Positions 34,390-46,665 of a DNA stretch of 55,458 nt are shown here, piece by piece. Below the pieces are notes generated by a model. It was not told the DNA's origin and made no database searches. It saw nothing but the letters and a program-made list of their open reading frames with translations. The stretch comes from Coniocarpon cinnabarinum (Eukaryota), in NCBI GenBank assembly GCA_051942205.1, contig JAVECO010000063.1, positions 62,001-117,458 on the forward strand. Reading direction: 5' to 3'. Positions within the stretch are counted from its first letter, which is position 1. Each line of letters opens with the position of its first letter. The position numbers and the translations under genes were made by a program.

Positions 34390-37107
34390 TAATAGCATCA
34401 TGGCGAATAATTGTTGTACGTAGAGGAGTGACTTATTTTCTGAGCAAATCCCTGAAGTTAATACCACACCCATGCCTTGATGCGTACCTCCCATCTTTTC
34501 GAATTGCTATTTTTCTTGTAAAAAAAAAACAAGCAAACGACGAGAATACTAGCCAGCCTACAGGCGCGTAGCCACGATGGCCCAGTACTTTGACAGACCG
34601 ATGGACATAGAAGAGCAAAGTCAGTCCTTGTCATGGCTGTCACTGTCAAGATTGAATTGGGACCAGACAACATGTTTGACCAGAGCCAAATCGCGAAAGA
34701 TATTCCCCTCGCACTGAGTTGACTCGGGGACCTGGATGTCGCCGCAGCTGTGTATACCAACCTTCATCTTATATGGCATCTTGTAATACGAGGACGCTCG
34801 TGAGGTCTCCTCCGACAACCTAGTCCACCAGCTCTTCAGCCAGAACGAGGCGAAGAAGCAACCAGAGAAGAAGAGATATGCGGCGCAGATACAGGGATGA
34901 GATGGGGTCCCACGGTGATCATGCGAGATTCCCAGAGATGCTTCATCGATTTCGCACGCAAGGAGCAATAGCAACCAAAAGACAGCTCATTAGGCCATGC
35001 GTTCAACGGTAGCGTCAAAGCTGAGTATGAGGGACGTTGGCGCCTTCAGCATGAGGCTTCCAGTCCAGAAAGGCACCAGTCCTTAATCAACACACTCCTG
35101 AGAATCTTTCGCCAGCGATGATTGCTCCGCTCATCTGTCAGGATATTAATCGTGGCTGAAAGGATTGGGAATCATACTGTGGACACACACTACACAAAGT
35201 GAGGGCAAAGCGGTGGAGCAACTCGCGTTCGCCAATTTCGGGTCTCACAGAAAGCTACGTGCATAGTGGCCAACTTGCACCCAACTCTCATCAACAAACG
35301 CATAAGCTGCAACCGGTGCTCCTGTCCAATGCCTTGCATCTACAAGTTTCAGTCGTCGAAGCAACAAGGTTCGGTGATTCCGCAGATGTTACCAACCTGC
35401 ATTGGATCCTTAGGATGGTGGCTTTCCGAGTCAAGCCGTTTCAGTGGAGAACCATTGGAGTCTGCAGACGAGGACAGAACGAAGTTGCTACCATGTCGTG
35501 TCATCGACTCTGTGCATGGAGACGATTCACGGACGTGAAGACGATCGCCACCCAAATCGAGACGCGACAACCCTTCTAGCACGTTCGTGATTTGCCCTGG
35601 TTGCCATGAGTATTCTCGTCGACGTTCTCAACGCATTCAAGGATGGCAAAGAAGTCCGTGACGTCGCACGGCAAGCGCGCGTTGTGATATTGATCAGATC
35701 TGCAAAAGCGCGAGGCCTACTTCAGATTCTAAAGAATAGTCGCCGCGCCATGATTCAGCGCCTCATCATCGCGCCTTGAAGATGTCTTTGGGCCCGACCA
35801 GAAGAGTCACAGCTAGTTGATCCGCAATCTTCTCATCTAAAGACTCGCTGATCAGACCGAAAAGCGACGATGACTTTTGTTCGTCGTGCTTGCTGCATGT
35901 CGACATTCTAATTTTCATACAACCATGTTTTTGAGATGGTTTTGAATTACTCTTAGTCTTTTGTGATAGAGATCAGAGATCACGCTGGATTGCGGCTCTG
36001 TGGCGCATTGCAATGCTCTGACTTCGGAACCAAGTCTCATCGTGTCTTTGATCCGATTCACTGCTGTGACCCTATCCTATGTGCCACTTGTTCGTACACA
36101 ATTCAGCGACATGCACAATTTTGATGTGACTCGTGACGCCTAACATCAGAGATCCCGTCAGGAAGGGTCCAGAACTCCCCTTGGTGTGCATGTTTTACGC
36201 CGTAGGTCGAATTCCATATAATACATGTATGAAGCCGCGTCGCATCCATCGTGTCAACCGTCGAAAGGCCAGGAACTTCTTGAAACGTACAAGAACTTCG
36301 ACAAAGATGCTTGAATGAATGCCGTCGCAATTTTTGGCCTATGCATGTCCTGTCACAGATGTTTAATTGTAGAGATCCGACTGGCAAAATCTCGATAGGT
36401 TAGGATCAAAGAAGTTTGATGATGATTGACCAGTGGTACAAATGTTGCATGACAGAAGATGCTGACGTGACGACTCCACATGAGAACTCATATAGGGGAG
36501 CAAAAATAATGTTCATCAACAATTGCATCAGGTCATTCAAGCAGTGCATCAACAAGGACGCACTTAACAAAGGAATTGTTATTTGGGGAAGTTATGCTGG
36601 ACGATTCCGAGTACATCAAGCCACAAGTCACAAACAGAGCATTCAGCATAGAGGCATAATGGGTGTCAGGCCAGAGACATGACGGCGAACTTCGCTTGCA
36701 CCTAGCAAAACACTGCGCAATGCTGCGGTCAACGCTTTTGTCCTTAATTCCTCTAGTGATCCTTAGCAGGAGGAAGATGTCGAGGCTCAGAGCATATGAA
36801 GTGCCTATTAGGGCGCTACACGGATTTCATGTGCCTTGTGAGGGTTACTTCAAAGGCTGAGTAGTAATGAGAAGGAACTAGGCAGGGTCTGCAAGCCTCA
36901 TGTAACAAGGTGAACTCCCAAGATGGCTTTCGCAGCTCTCCTACACGAACTTTCCTCGGCTCAGCACGTTGAGTTGATGTCGATGTCGATTGAAGAAGAT
37001 GATGAAGGAACTTCTTCATAGCGCCAACGACCTTGGACACGATTTTGCCAGCTTGCGTCACCTATCACTTACACGGCTTCTGCAAAACTATTTCTAAAGA
37101 CGGTGTA

Positions 37108-39042
37108 TCAAGCCGTTGGCATGAGGACATGTTGCATTCGAGGCAACAGACGCCCTTTTCGATCCGCATACGGCATCGATTGTGTCAGTCCAGAACGCTT
37201 TCGCCATCTGGTGTCTACTCTATTTCTCACCGTCAGGCAGATTTCACCAGAGGGTACCTGGTATCGCAATTGGGGAGGAACGAAACCATCGTACTTTTGG
37301 ATGAGCCTCGGGATGCCACGGAGACGCCAATCTTCCAGCTGGGCTTCTTCGTCTTCGTCTTGCTCCACAGATGCCGGAACACCTTGTTGGATGGCATTTG
37401 ACAACATGTTCCGGAGGTTGACGCCAATCATTCTCTGCTCAAGATCTGCTTTAGCAAACAGACTGCGGAGCCGACCGACCTTTTTAGCTGATCTTACGCG
37501 CCCTAACCTGTGATCGCGCGTTGTCTCAAATAGACGCGCGCGCTGTCGTTTCATCTGAGAATGTGCGGCATAGAGTGAAGCCTCTGCCGCGATCAAGCGG
37601 AGGACTTCGTCTCTTGCAGTCATGCGTTGGCCGCGGAGGCTACTAAAAATCAACGTGAGAGTGTCTTCGTCCAGACTTCCGATGCCTTGGGATTGTAACA
37701 TGGAGAAAAGCTGCGAAGTTCTCGCGAACGCAGTGGGCACGCCAATGTGATTTTGCTTCCAAGCTTTGCCTTCTCTGTAGGAATGGATCGATGTCCAGTA
37801 GAGTATAGTAGTAGAAACACGCTGTCGGATGGGAATGTTGTAATGGTGCGAGATGTAATCGACGAGCCGGAATGCCGACAGCACGCGCCCGGAGTGACCC
37901 AAAATTTCGGCAATAATGCACAACAGCCGCGTGTTAGGATACAAAGGATGACCCTCTTGTACGCTACTGACGTGTGTCGTGGCGTGCCCTGCTTCTACGC
38001 TATTTGCATCAAATCCCCATACGCTTCGCAAGACGTCCAATGCTTGATCCAATCTCCCGTCACAAGCGTACGCCATCATGAGATGGGTGTATGTGTTCGT
38101 GTCAGGTGAGATGGCGTATGTGTTGGTCATTCGGTCAAGGATCTGTCTGACTCTCGCTACGCAATCGGACGTGTGAGGTTCGCCATTTGCTTGTGCTCGT
38201 TCATACGAAGCTGAGTCTTGTCTCAGGCCTTTTTCAGGCAATGCACTTTCCATGAGCAGGTTGAGACATGTCAAATCGGGAACGATTCCGGCAGCCAGTA
38301 GGTCGTCCCATACGATTTCGATAAACCTCGTGTCTTGAACATAGAGACCATATTGCAGCAGCATGCGATAGTCGGCTGAGCTCAGTGTAATTTCATTCTC
38401 CCGAAGTAAGCCCACGACTTCCCACAGCAACGAAGAGCGTGCAATGTGAGATGTGTGTGCTTCTTGCAGTAATTCAATCTTGCGATTGGGCATGCGTGCC
38501 GAGACACGAGAGACAAACAGCTGAGGATCGATTTGACGAATGACTGCCGACCAAACGTGTCTTGGTATTGTTTTCGCAAAGCTTGGGTCTTTTAGAGCAC
38601 TCCTCATACTGTTCGCGATCTGATCGGGCCACCCGGCTTGCAGCGCCGAGTAAAAGCCATGTTCGTCGGTGAATCCCGCAGGTCTTTGTGTGGGCCTAGC
38701 GCGCTGGGCAAGCAGGAAGTCTTTGAACGGCTGCTTCTTGGGAACCTCAGACAGAGACGTTATCGAGCCTGGGGCATTCTGTAACGACTGCCGTGGCGCG
38801 TGGCTTGTAGTCGTCTGGAAGACTTGGGGTCTGCGCTGGTTGAACAGCGCCTCGGATGCAGTGCTATTTCCTCCGGTCGTGCTGATCTCCTGAAGCTCTG
38901 GAGGACTGCAGCTGACTCGAAGATTGCGAGGCGCGTGTATATGGCGAGACAGCTGTGACTGCTGCTTCGATCGGCACGTGGAGCATATCCAGGGTTCCTT
39001 TGAAGCACGGCGATACACGTGAGACGGGCGCAATCGTTCCAT
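37108..39042 (-). CDS. AEP2: Mitochondrial PPR protein with ATP13 domain (ATPase expression protein 2-like)
   Basis: Arg-rich N-terminus with WICSTC. PPR-like repeats (GIVPDLTCLNLLM, ISPDTNTYTHLMMAYA) and the ATP13-type segment PLYPNTRLL...AFRLVDYISHHYNIPI. First ATG at 39042. Confidence 0.75.
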   Translation of the reverse strand: MERLRPSHVYRRASKEPWICSTCRSKQQSQLSRHIHAPRNLRVSCSPPELQEISTTGGNSTASEALFNQRRPQVFQTTTSHAPRQSLQNAPGSITSLSEVPKKQPFKDFLLAQRARPTQRPAGFTDEHGFYSALQAGWPDQIANSMRSALKDPSFAKTIPRHVWSAVIRQIDPQLFVSRVSARMPNRKIELLQEAHTSHIARSSLLWEVVGLLRENEITLSSADYRMLLQYGLYVQDTRFIEIVWDDLLAAGIVPDLTCLNLLMESALPEKGLRQDSASYERAQANGEPHTSDCVARVRQILDRMTNTYAISPDTNTYTHLMMAYACDGRLDQALDVLRSVWGFDANSVEAGHATTHVSSVQEGHPLYPNTRLLCIIAEILGHSGRVLSAFRLVDYISHHYNIPIRQRVSTTILYWTSIHSYREGKAWKQNHIGVPTAFARTSQLFSMLQSQGIGSLDEDTLTLIFSSLRGQRMTARDEVLRLIAAEASLYAAHSQMKRQRARLFETTRDHRLGRVRSAKKVGRLRSLFAKADLEQRMIGVNLRNMLSNAIQQGVPASVEQDEDEEAQLEDWRLRGIPRLIQKYDGFVPPQLRYQVPSGEICLTVRNRVDTRWRKRSGLTQSMPYADRKGRLLPRMQHVLMPTA

Positions 39043-39286
39043 AGACGCGAAACTCTCCAAAACTTCAGTTAGTCTTGCGCAAAGTCAATGAAGCTATTGC
39101 TAGAAGCCTCGCAAACGCTGAAGATAGAGGTCGTGATCGCCCTAGAGCATGATAGTTCACATCCTCAAAAGTCAGGCATACAGCGTATATCCAAATAACC
39201 ACTGTTGTGGAGTGCGGCGTTGGTCGATGAAAAGAATTAACTGCTTCAGTCCTCAAAAGCACGCACATTCTTCCTGACACGGTCAA

Positions 39287-39691
39287 ATGGCCGACGATAC
39301 CGACGCCGATGCGCCTACGTCTGTCAACGAGCCACTCGATCTAGTGCGTCTGCTCCTGGACGAGGTTGTCTTCGTGAAACTTCGTGGCGACCGTGAACTG
39401 CGCGGACGGTTGCACGCTTACGATTCGCACTGCAATCTCGTCTTGGGCGAAGTGCAGGAGACCATCTACCAAGCCGATGAGGAGTCCGACTCGGACGAGG
39501 TAAAGGTATTACAGCAATCACGTGCAATACCTAATGGAAATTAGTACTGATTCTGGGCGCAGACAACGCAAAAGAAGCTTGACATGTTATTTGTGCGAGG
39601 TTGGTAAAGCGAATGATGCCTTATTCTTTTTGCTTTGCTCACCACCGCAGGCGATTCCGTTGTCCTCATATCACCACAGGTCGAGGGCTGA
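39287..39691 (+). CDS. LSM3: U6 snRNA-associated Sm-like protein LSm3
   Basis: [42 protein letters not shown]. Introns 39506-39562 and 39600-39650 give ...[14 protein letters not shown]. Confidence 0.95.
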
Positions 39692-40069
39692 GGGAAGGAG
39701 ACGATCTGGACGCGACATCAGAGTAAGGAAGATTGCGCCTAGTCGTGCAGATAAGCCGCGGCTACGAGCACAAGCATCGAGATGCTTTGCAAGCTGTAGC
39801 AGTACGAGCTTGCTCGAATAGACTCTACCGATTCCCTAAAGTGCAAGACGGAAGAGGTTTGTCATTCACACGTGACGAACGCGTGGTCTTGATCATTAAT
39901 ATTTAATTCTATACAATTAGAACTGTTCCATGCGCGTGTCAAGAAGCCGTCCTCGTTGAATGAGAAAATTCAGAACGCCCACGCCATGCTTCGTTTGGTG
40001 CTAATTCGTGTCTTCGTGTTTTCGTCGTTCAGAAACGTAGGTTGGGTATTCAAAAGAGCTGAAGGTCAT

Positions 40070-42340
40070 TTATGAAAAGAGATAACGCTGACTATCTTCA
40101 GTACTACTCTCGTAAGCAATGCTGCTACGTGCGGGCACAGCTAAATCTGAAGTCAGTCATTTCAGGCTGCATACAGGTGCAATCATTCTTCACACTTACC
40201 TGGGAGCAAAAATCCTCTGTCCAGCTCGCCTTGAACGAATGTGGACGCGCGCTTGAACTTCTTGTCTGCATACTTGTCAAAGATGGCGGCATGATGTCTT
40301 CTCGGGTCGTCACAACAGGACAACATGGTCAGAAGAAGGGGCCGAAGTTGAGCGTAGGTGTAACCCGAATAGTGGACGTGTTTTTTGGTCCATAGGCCTT
40401 TGTCAAGCATCAGTCTCGACAGACAATGAGCACCGGCTGCCGTGTAACTGGGGATGCAACCAACGAAGCGCTCGTCCATGATCGTAATCTCCATGAAGTA
40501 TTTGGCCAGTGTTCGTGTCTCCAGATCGTAATCGTCGGCCTTACTAATGCGTCTCAAAAAGCTCATTGGACCAGGAAAGCCGAGCTCAAAGCCCAGCATA
40601 CTCAACATAAATCGCTCAGCTTTCAAGATCTCGTCTGCTGAATAGCCGCCATCCACCATGTATACGATTTCCTGTACCGAAGGGCAATTGATCTCCTCAT
40701 ACTTCGCAGCTACAAAAATAGCTGTCGCGCCGACCAATTGGAGTTTGCCTAAGGACACGACCTTGCACGAAAGGAAACGATCGATGTAATTGACGCATAA
40801 GAAGAGCGTTTCCGGTAGTAAAGAGAAGCGATGGTGCACCTGCACTAGCCAATCCATGAGGACAGACCGCATAGACCACTGGACCTCGGTTTGATTATCC
40901 ATGTAGTGTGGGTTCGGCCGCATTTGCTCTTCCATGTTGCGCATGTAAGCGAAGATTTCTTCGCTATACTCGGTCACCATGGATGTGTCCCAAGACTCGT
41001 CCTCTTCAAGTTCAATGGCCTCCACTGACGACTGCACGAAGAGGCTCGCTTCCGCAATCTCCTGTTCTGCAGCTTCACTAAATTGTGGACCTACGATCAC
41101 CGTTGTCTACGGCCATGGTTAGCATGTCCTTGTAACCAGGTTGCTTCTCAGTTCACGGGAGTTTTTCGTGGCACTGGTTTAATGTTTGATAACCAAATTG
41201 ACTTACTTGATGGTTTGTGCAGTCCCCTTTTAGCTTCAAGGATCTTGCTGTGGTGTAGTCGCCCTCGCTCTCGACGTATGGTTCTCTTTGAAGATGCTCT
41301 TGAGTCGCTGCGACTGGCAATAGAGTTGGGCCCGCGCTTTGCCGTTCTGAGTAATATGGGTGAGGCAATTCCTCTGAAGGTCTGACAAGATGCGAGTGTG
41401 CAAGATATGAGATGTCTTGTTCCGGTTCGTGTTCTGTAATTGCTCGTTTTTTGTCAAGGTCGGCCACTCGAGTCACTTGCTCATTCAATAGATCCGTGTC
41501 TGCTTTGTTGGATCGTTGGTCTTCGGCGTTCATGCAGTCAACCCGTGTCGGCTTTTGCTCATCTTGCAAGTTGTAAGGGTTCTTGTCATTGCCTTGTCTG
41601 GGTTCCTCGAGCGCACCATGAGGACTGGTGTGCTCTGGGTGTTCGCGGAAAACTTTCGTACTTTTTCGCACAAGTTTGGGAGCTGGGTGGACCATATCTG
41701 AGGATTTTCGCGTTTCTGCGACATCGTTTGGCCGGCCAGTACCGCCAAGAGCGTTGAAGAAGCCCCGTATACTTGACACCGAAATTGGACGGTGTGCCGG
41801 TCTTTGAAGAGGTGCGCCTATTCCATCACTTTGAAGATCCTTGTTGGTCACAACTTCAAATTGAGGCTTCGGTTTATTTGTGTGAGCATCTACGGTTGTT
41901 GATGGGCGTCTTTGAGCGTTTGTGACATCTGCAAAAGCTGCTCGTTTTGTAGGACCAGTCTTGATAGGTGCTGCTTGCGACAAGGTGGTAAGTGCTGGTG
42001 ACGACTTGTTTCTTTGATGAATGCGCTTGGTTGGTAGCAGATCAATGGGCTGATTCTCGTCGCGGATAGTTTTTGACCTGGTCAGACGCAGGGGCTGATG
42101 GTTGTTTGATTAGTATGTCAATTTTAGGCAATATGGATGGAGGGAGAGGGAGGGAGGCGACGCATGAAGGCGGGTAATCTAGGAACATGTGTACCTTAGC
42201 ATCCTGTAGTAATGAGGTCAGCAAGCTTCTTCCAAACGTAGGACATCATCTGCATCAGGCATTGTCCATTGGCAGCATGACCGTCTACCAAGCATTGTGC
42301 ATCCGCAGGACGATGAGCGCGGTGGCTGTTGACTTACCAT
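40070..42340 (-). CDS. B-type cyclin (Clb3-like)
   Basis: Cyclin box MRSVLMDWLVQVH...LLPETLFLCVNYIDRFLS...LQLVGATAIFVAAKYEE and D-box-like RAAFADVTN. Exons 42340-42338, 42203-42195, 42094-41207, 41106-40200 and 40140-40070. Confidence 0.92.
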
Positions 42341-42547
42341 TTTGACCAATATGCAAGCGCAAGTGCACTCGAGATGTTGTTGGCGCCAGCGATTGATAGA
42401 ATGTTAGCAGATGCAGAGCTTCAGGGCGCGCAACAAAAAAAGTCTCCGTCCCTAGCGCAGATGGAGCTCGCGTCATGTTTACTTCCCTAGTGTCGCTGGG
42501 TCAACGATCTAAATTCTCAGGGTGCAACCCTAGTCAGCCTCAAAACA

Positions 42548-42782
42548 ACGCGTGCTCCTCCAGCCTACGAGGATCTCCTATATTGCGCAGAAGAGGCGCC
42601 GACGTCTCGGAAAGCGTCGGAAACAAAGTTCACTACATCTCACGCACAAGAAGCGCCCGTGAAGTGACCGCAGCGAAACTTTCGATGCAGACGACGTCCT
42701 GCTGACTCCGAATCACACGTCTCGAGAAAATCCGAGTCTGTGATGCCATGAATACGCCATTTGTCAGGCTGACATCGCGAAA
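42548..42782. promoter_or_regulatory. MCB (ACGCGT 42548) and CGCGAAA (42776) elements upstream of the cyclin
   Basis: Consensus matches 200-450 bp upstream of the cyclin ATG. Confidence 0.35.
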
Positions 42783-43396
42783 TCACGTGACGTTTCCGCC
42801 TTGCTGGCATCGCCGGCCTTCCATACCTTGGATACGGACGTACGTCGTTGCGCGCAGCGAGATTGTCATCGTGTGGCCATTGCCGTCGATGGAAAGACGA
42901 GCAGTGTAGACCATGCAGCCACGGCACTTCCAGACCTTGCACAAAGTGCAGCAAGCATCCATTCTTCGGGAGCCATGTTCGCGGATCAAGGGAGCATCGC
43001 TTCTAGCAAGCGCTTGACAATGCACCCCTCGAATTGTTCAGAGCAGCACATGACGAAGCGGCTGACAGAAGGTGCTGAAGTGCGTTTGAAGCAAGAAGTG
43101 GCTCAGACAGTAGGTCGTGGGTAGGAGATGATGCGAAGATGATGGGGGCGGCGCTTGCAGAGCACTGCCGCTGGGTGAAACAGCAGCTTGGGCGGCTCGT
43201 TTCCTCGGCCTGGAGGCTCGACTCACTGCTGCGCCCGGCATGCCTGGAAAATGGAAAAGCATGGTGAAGCGCGGTGATGAAGCTTTGCGCCTAAGCGTCA
43301 CGATTCGACGAGCTGGAGCGTTGCTGCAAGCGCTTGGGCCGGATCGACAGAGGCGACGATGCGCTTGGCTGGCGACGTAACCCGTGGCTCGCTCAA

Positions 43397-43428
43397 CTGG
43401 ACGCTGGATGCTGGATGCTGGATGCTGG
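43397..43428 (+). repeat. Heptamer tandem repeat (CTGGAYG)4 plus CTGG
   Basis: CTGGACG CTGGATG CTGGATG CTGGATG CTGG. Confidence 0.85.
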
Positions 43429-44799
43429 TGGGGTACCTGCGACCTGTTTGTTCTTTCTTGCGCTCCCATTTTTCTCTCCCTCCCACTCCCTCCTCCTCCG
43501 CCTCTCTCTGCGCCCGGCCTTGCGTGCAAGCGTCTGTGATGTGCGTGGGCGTCGCCGAGGTCTCATGCTGACGACTGGATCGGGGGACTGCTTGCAGCAA
43601 TTCAGCGCGGTCCCGCGTGCTCGTGTAACAGTCTTTGGAGCGTTTCGGCGTAATGCATCACGGCAGACTCTTCGCGATGGAGCGCCTTCGAGCGTTTGGA
43701 TGGTGACTCCATACAAGCTACTTAAAGAGAGGTCTCAACTCAAGTGTCTGTGCCGATTGCGAGTGTTTGTAGACCCGCCTATGCTGGTGTTCGGCACCAT
43801 GGAATTCAGAGGCGGTCCTGGATCGGCGCGAAGCTGGTGTCATTCAATTCACCAGATCAACGCATCCCTACGTAGCTTTCTCTCAATGCTGTAAAGCCAT
43901 TGACAGAAGTTTGCTGTTCAATAGACTCCGTGCAGCTGGCTAGCGAGGCAAGGGCTGGATTCCCAGTCGCATGTATGCGGCAAGAAAGGTCTGTGCGTTG
44001 GAGTGCGTGAGTGACTGGTGCCCATCGACTCTCCCCGACCTTCGCTACCTATCTACCTTACCTACCTTCTTCTCACCTCCATGCTCAATCATTCTCTCTT
44101 CTCTCCCTTCACGCTGGCGCCAGCGTCATGTTCTAGTTCTCTCGTTTCGCCTTGCCGCCCGTTACTGTCGAGTGAGTAAATCTTGCTACAGCGTCTACCG
44201 GGAGCCCGTGCTCTCTGTCGTCCGTCTGCTCCAGCAATCACACCACACCTTTTCGCCCATTCAAGCCCTCACAAGGGGGTCCATACCACACTCGGGTAAG
44301 CAACCGCTCAATTAGTGTCATGCGATTACATACTACGGGGCGCTCCTCAAACAATTGTCTCTTGCAGGGCTCTGAGGTGCCTTCATCGTCCCGTGCGATC
44401 TCCTCGGCGCAACGCCGTCTTTGTGAGCGCAAGCACACATCACCGCTCGCCATGTCCTTGAATGGCTCTACACCATCATCGCTGCCAATTTCTATGCTGA
44501 CACAGCATCTAGATGTGATGTTCGAGCACAACATTTGCATGACGTGACTGTCGTCCAGGTACTTTCACTACAGCCTGAAGCCAACTCTCCAAAGATCACA
44601 CACCTTACTCGATCCGACCTGGGAGACATCTGGAGGGCCTAGGGAATCATTGAAGACCCGCGGTCCATGGCAAATTCGGACGAATACCCGGACCAGGGTT
44701 TCGCTCCTGTCGGCTCCCTTCCGCAAGCCCCCAACCTGTCTGCTCGGACATACACAACCCGGCAAACACCATTGAGCGAGCACCAAAGAGGAATGCAGA

Positions 44800-46665
44800 A
44801 TGCAACAGGTAGTGAAACAGGTTCGTCTAGAGCTGCAAATGCCTCCTCAATTGAGATTGACCAACCGCGTAGGGTTTGCCAAGCGACCAAAAGAAGTCAA
44901 ATTCATCTACAGCCACGCAAGACTTCCATTGAGGGTGCAAATTCATGATCATGACACCACGAACTCAATAATTGCAAGCGTCAAAACGTTTTTCGGTATT
45001 CACGAGGGACTAGGAGTCAGCTTTGAAGACGAGCAAGGATATAATATCATACCTCAGTATGAAAACGTCCGGGCCGATACCGACATCAGAGTGCGCTTGA
45101 CACAAGAAATCCAACCAGTTCCACAGGTACTGGGCCATTTTGCGGCTGGAATAACATCCCCTGCTGCTCCATCACCAGCGATGGCTTCTCCAGCTAAGAG
45201 CATATCTGCAGGGCCCTGGATGAGCATGGTGCCCTCGGCCCACAGTTCGCGACCTGCTTCAAGAAACGCAAAATCTGGAGATCTATCGCCAGATCCTGCC
45301 CGGAAACGCCTGGGCTCGAAAGGCGGCAGACAGGTCAAGACTTATGACGCCGACGGATACAGCGACAGCGATGCCGGCAGCGTCTCTGTGACAAGCTCGC
45401 GTAGAGACGTCCTGGCCAGTGCAGACATCAGCGTCGAAAACATCGTTGAAGGAAATCGTAGGAAGGGTGCCAAGTTTGAAAGCTCTGTCAGTCCTCCATA
45501 TCCAAAAAGTTGAGCAGAGATCAGGATCGCTAACAGTGTTCGTCGTCAGGAGCTCCCTCTTTTCAAGCCACCTCAGATGCCATTTTCTGCCTCCATTTCG
45601 TCAGCATCTCCACAAAAGCGGTTGTATCCAGGCGTCGCTTCTCCTCTTCCGCATTCCAATCAGCGCAACTTTTCATATGGGCAGCAGGCGTTTCCGTCCC
45701 CAATCAGTCATGCTTACAGCGATAAGAATTCAACATTCTCCAGCAATGGGCTCAGTAATGGTCGAGATAGCTATTTGCGTTCCTCAGGAGGCCATCAAGC
45801 CTCCCGCCTCTCTGGTGGAAGCCACTCAGGCATTTTGCCAACACCAGCCCCAACGATTGGCAGCGCGCTATCTGACGAAGACGTTGCACTGCAATTGATG
45901 CGCCTTGGAAATCCCAACAACGCTCCACCGATCCGACCCTCCGCATCGACCGCCGATGACGCCCTCAGTGGCAAGGCTGAGCTTGCGTCTTCGGCAGACT
46001 ACAGCGAGGGCGAAGATGAAGATCTGCCACATCACACTCCGCAAGCGGGGCCTGCAAGAAAGAAATTACGAGCGTTGAACACTGCAATTGCGAGTGGCGA
46101 CTTATACTCTAGTGGAGAAGATTACGAAGACTATCAAGACGGCTCCTTCAAAGGAGAGAGCGATGAGATTATCCCACCTTTCGGAACCAAGAGGCCAAAG
46201 CCAAAGGCTGGGAAAGTCGGGAAAAGTCGCAGCGCTTCAGAATCGACACGTTCGGCGCCAAAGGTGTCTACCAGCAAAAATAGACCTGCCGGCGCCCCTG
46301 GCGCTGTCATACCCCCGTCTCCGTATTCAGCCTCTGGTCCTCCCAGCAAGGGATCTATGAGCCAACTAGCTTCCGATGAAGAAGATCTCTCGGCAAAGCC
46401 TCGTTGTCAACGTTGTCGTAAAAGTAAAAAGGGCTGCGACCGACAGCGGCCATGTGGCCGCTGTAAAGATGCCGGCATTGGCGTCGAAGGTTGCGTCAGT
46501 GAGGACGAAGGCAATGGACGCAAAGGCCGATTCGGTCGACACATGGGTGTGTCTGTCAAGAAAGTCTCCCTAGATTCCAGCAACACTGCCGAGTCAGCAC
46601 ACAGTCCCACTGCGGTTGGCGAGCCATTCCCTTTGGCTGATGCCAGCAAGAAGCGCAAGAGGTGA
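44800..46665 (+). CDS. Protein with C-terminal Zn(II)2Cys6 binuclear cluster (C6 finger protein); true 5' end uncertain
   Basis: RCQRCRKSKKGCDRQRPCGRCKDAGIGVEGC. Intron 45487-45549 gives KFESS|ELPLF. SDEDVALQLMRLG motif; C-terminal KKRKR NLS. Confidence 0.8.

Noticed and set aside
44869..44896. 25/28-nt GT-AG segments that would join the overlapping ORF to the C6 main frame
   Set aside because: Much shorter than the other introns here (about 50 nt or more) and lacking a branch site.
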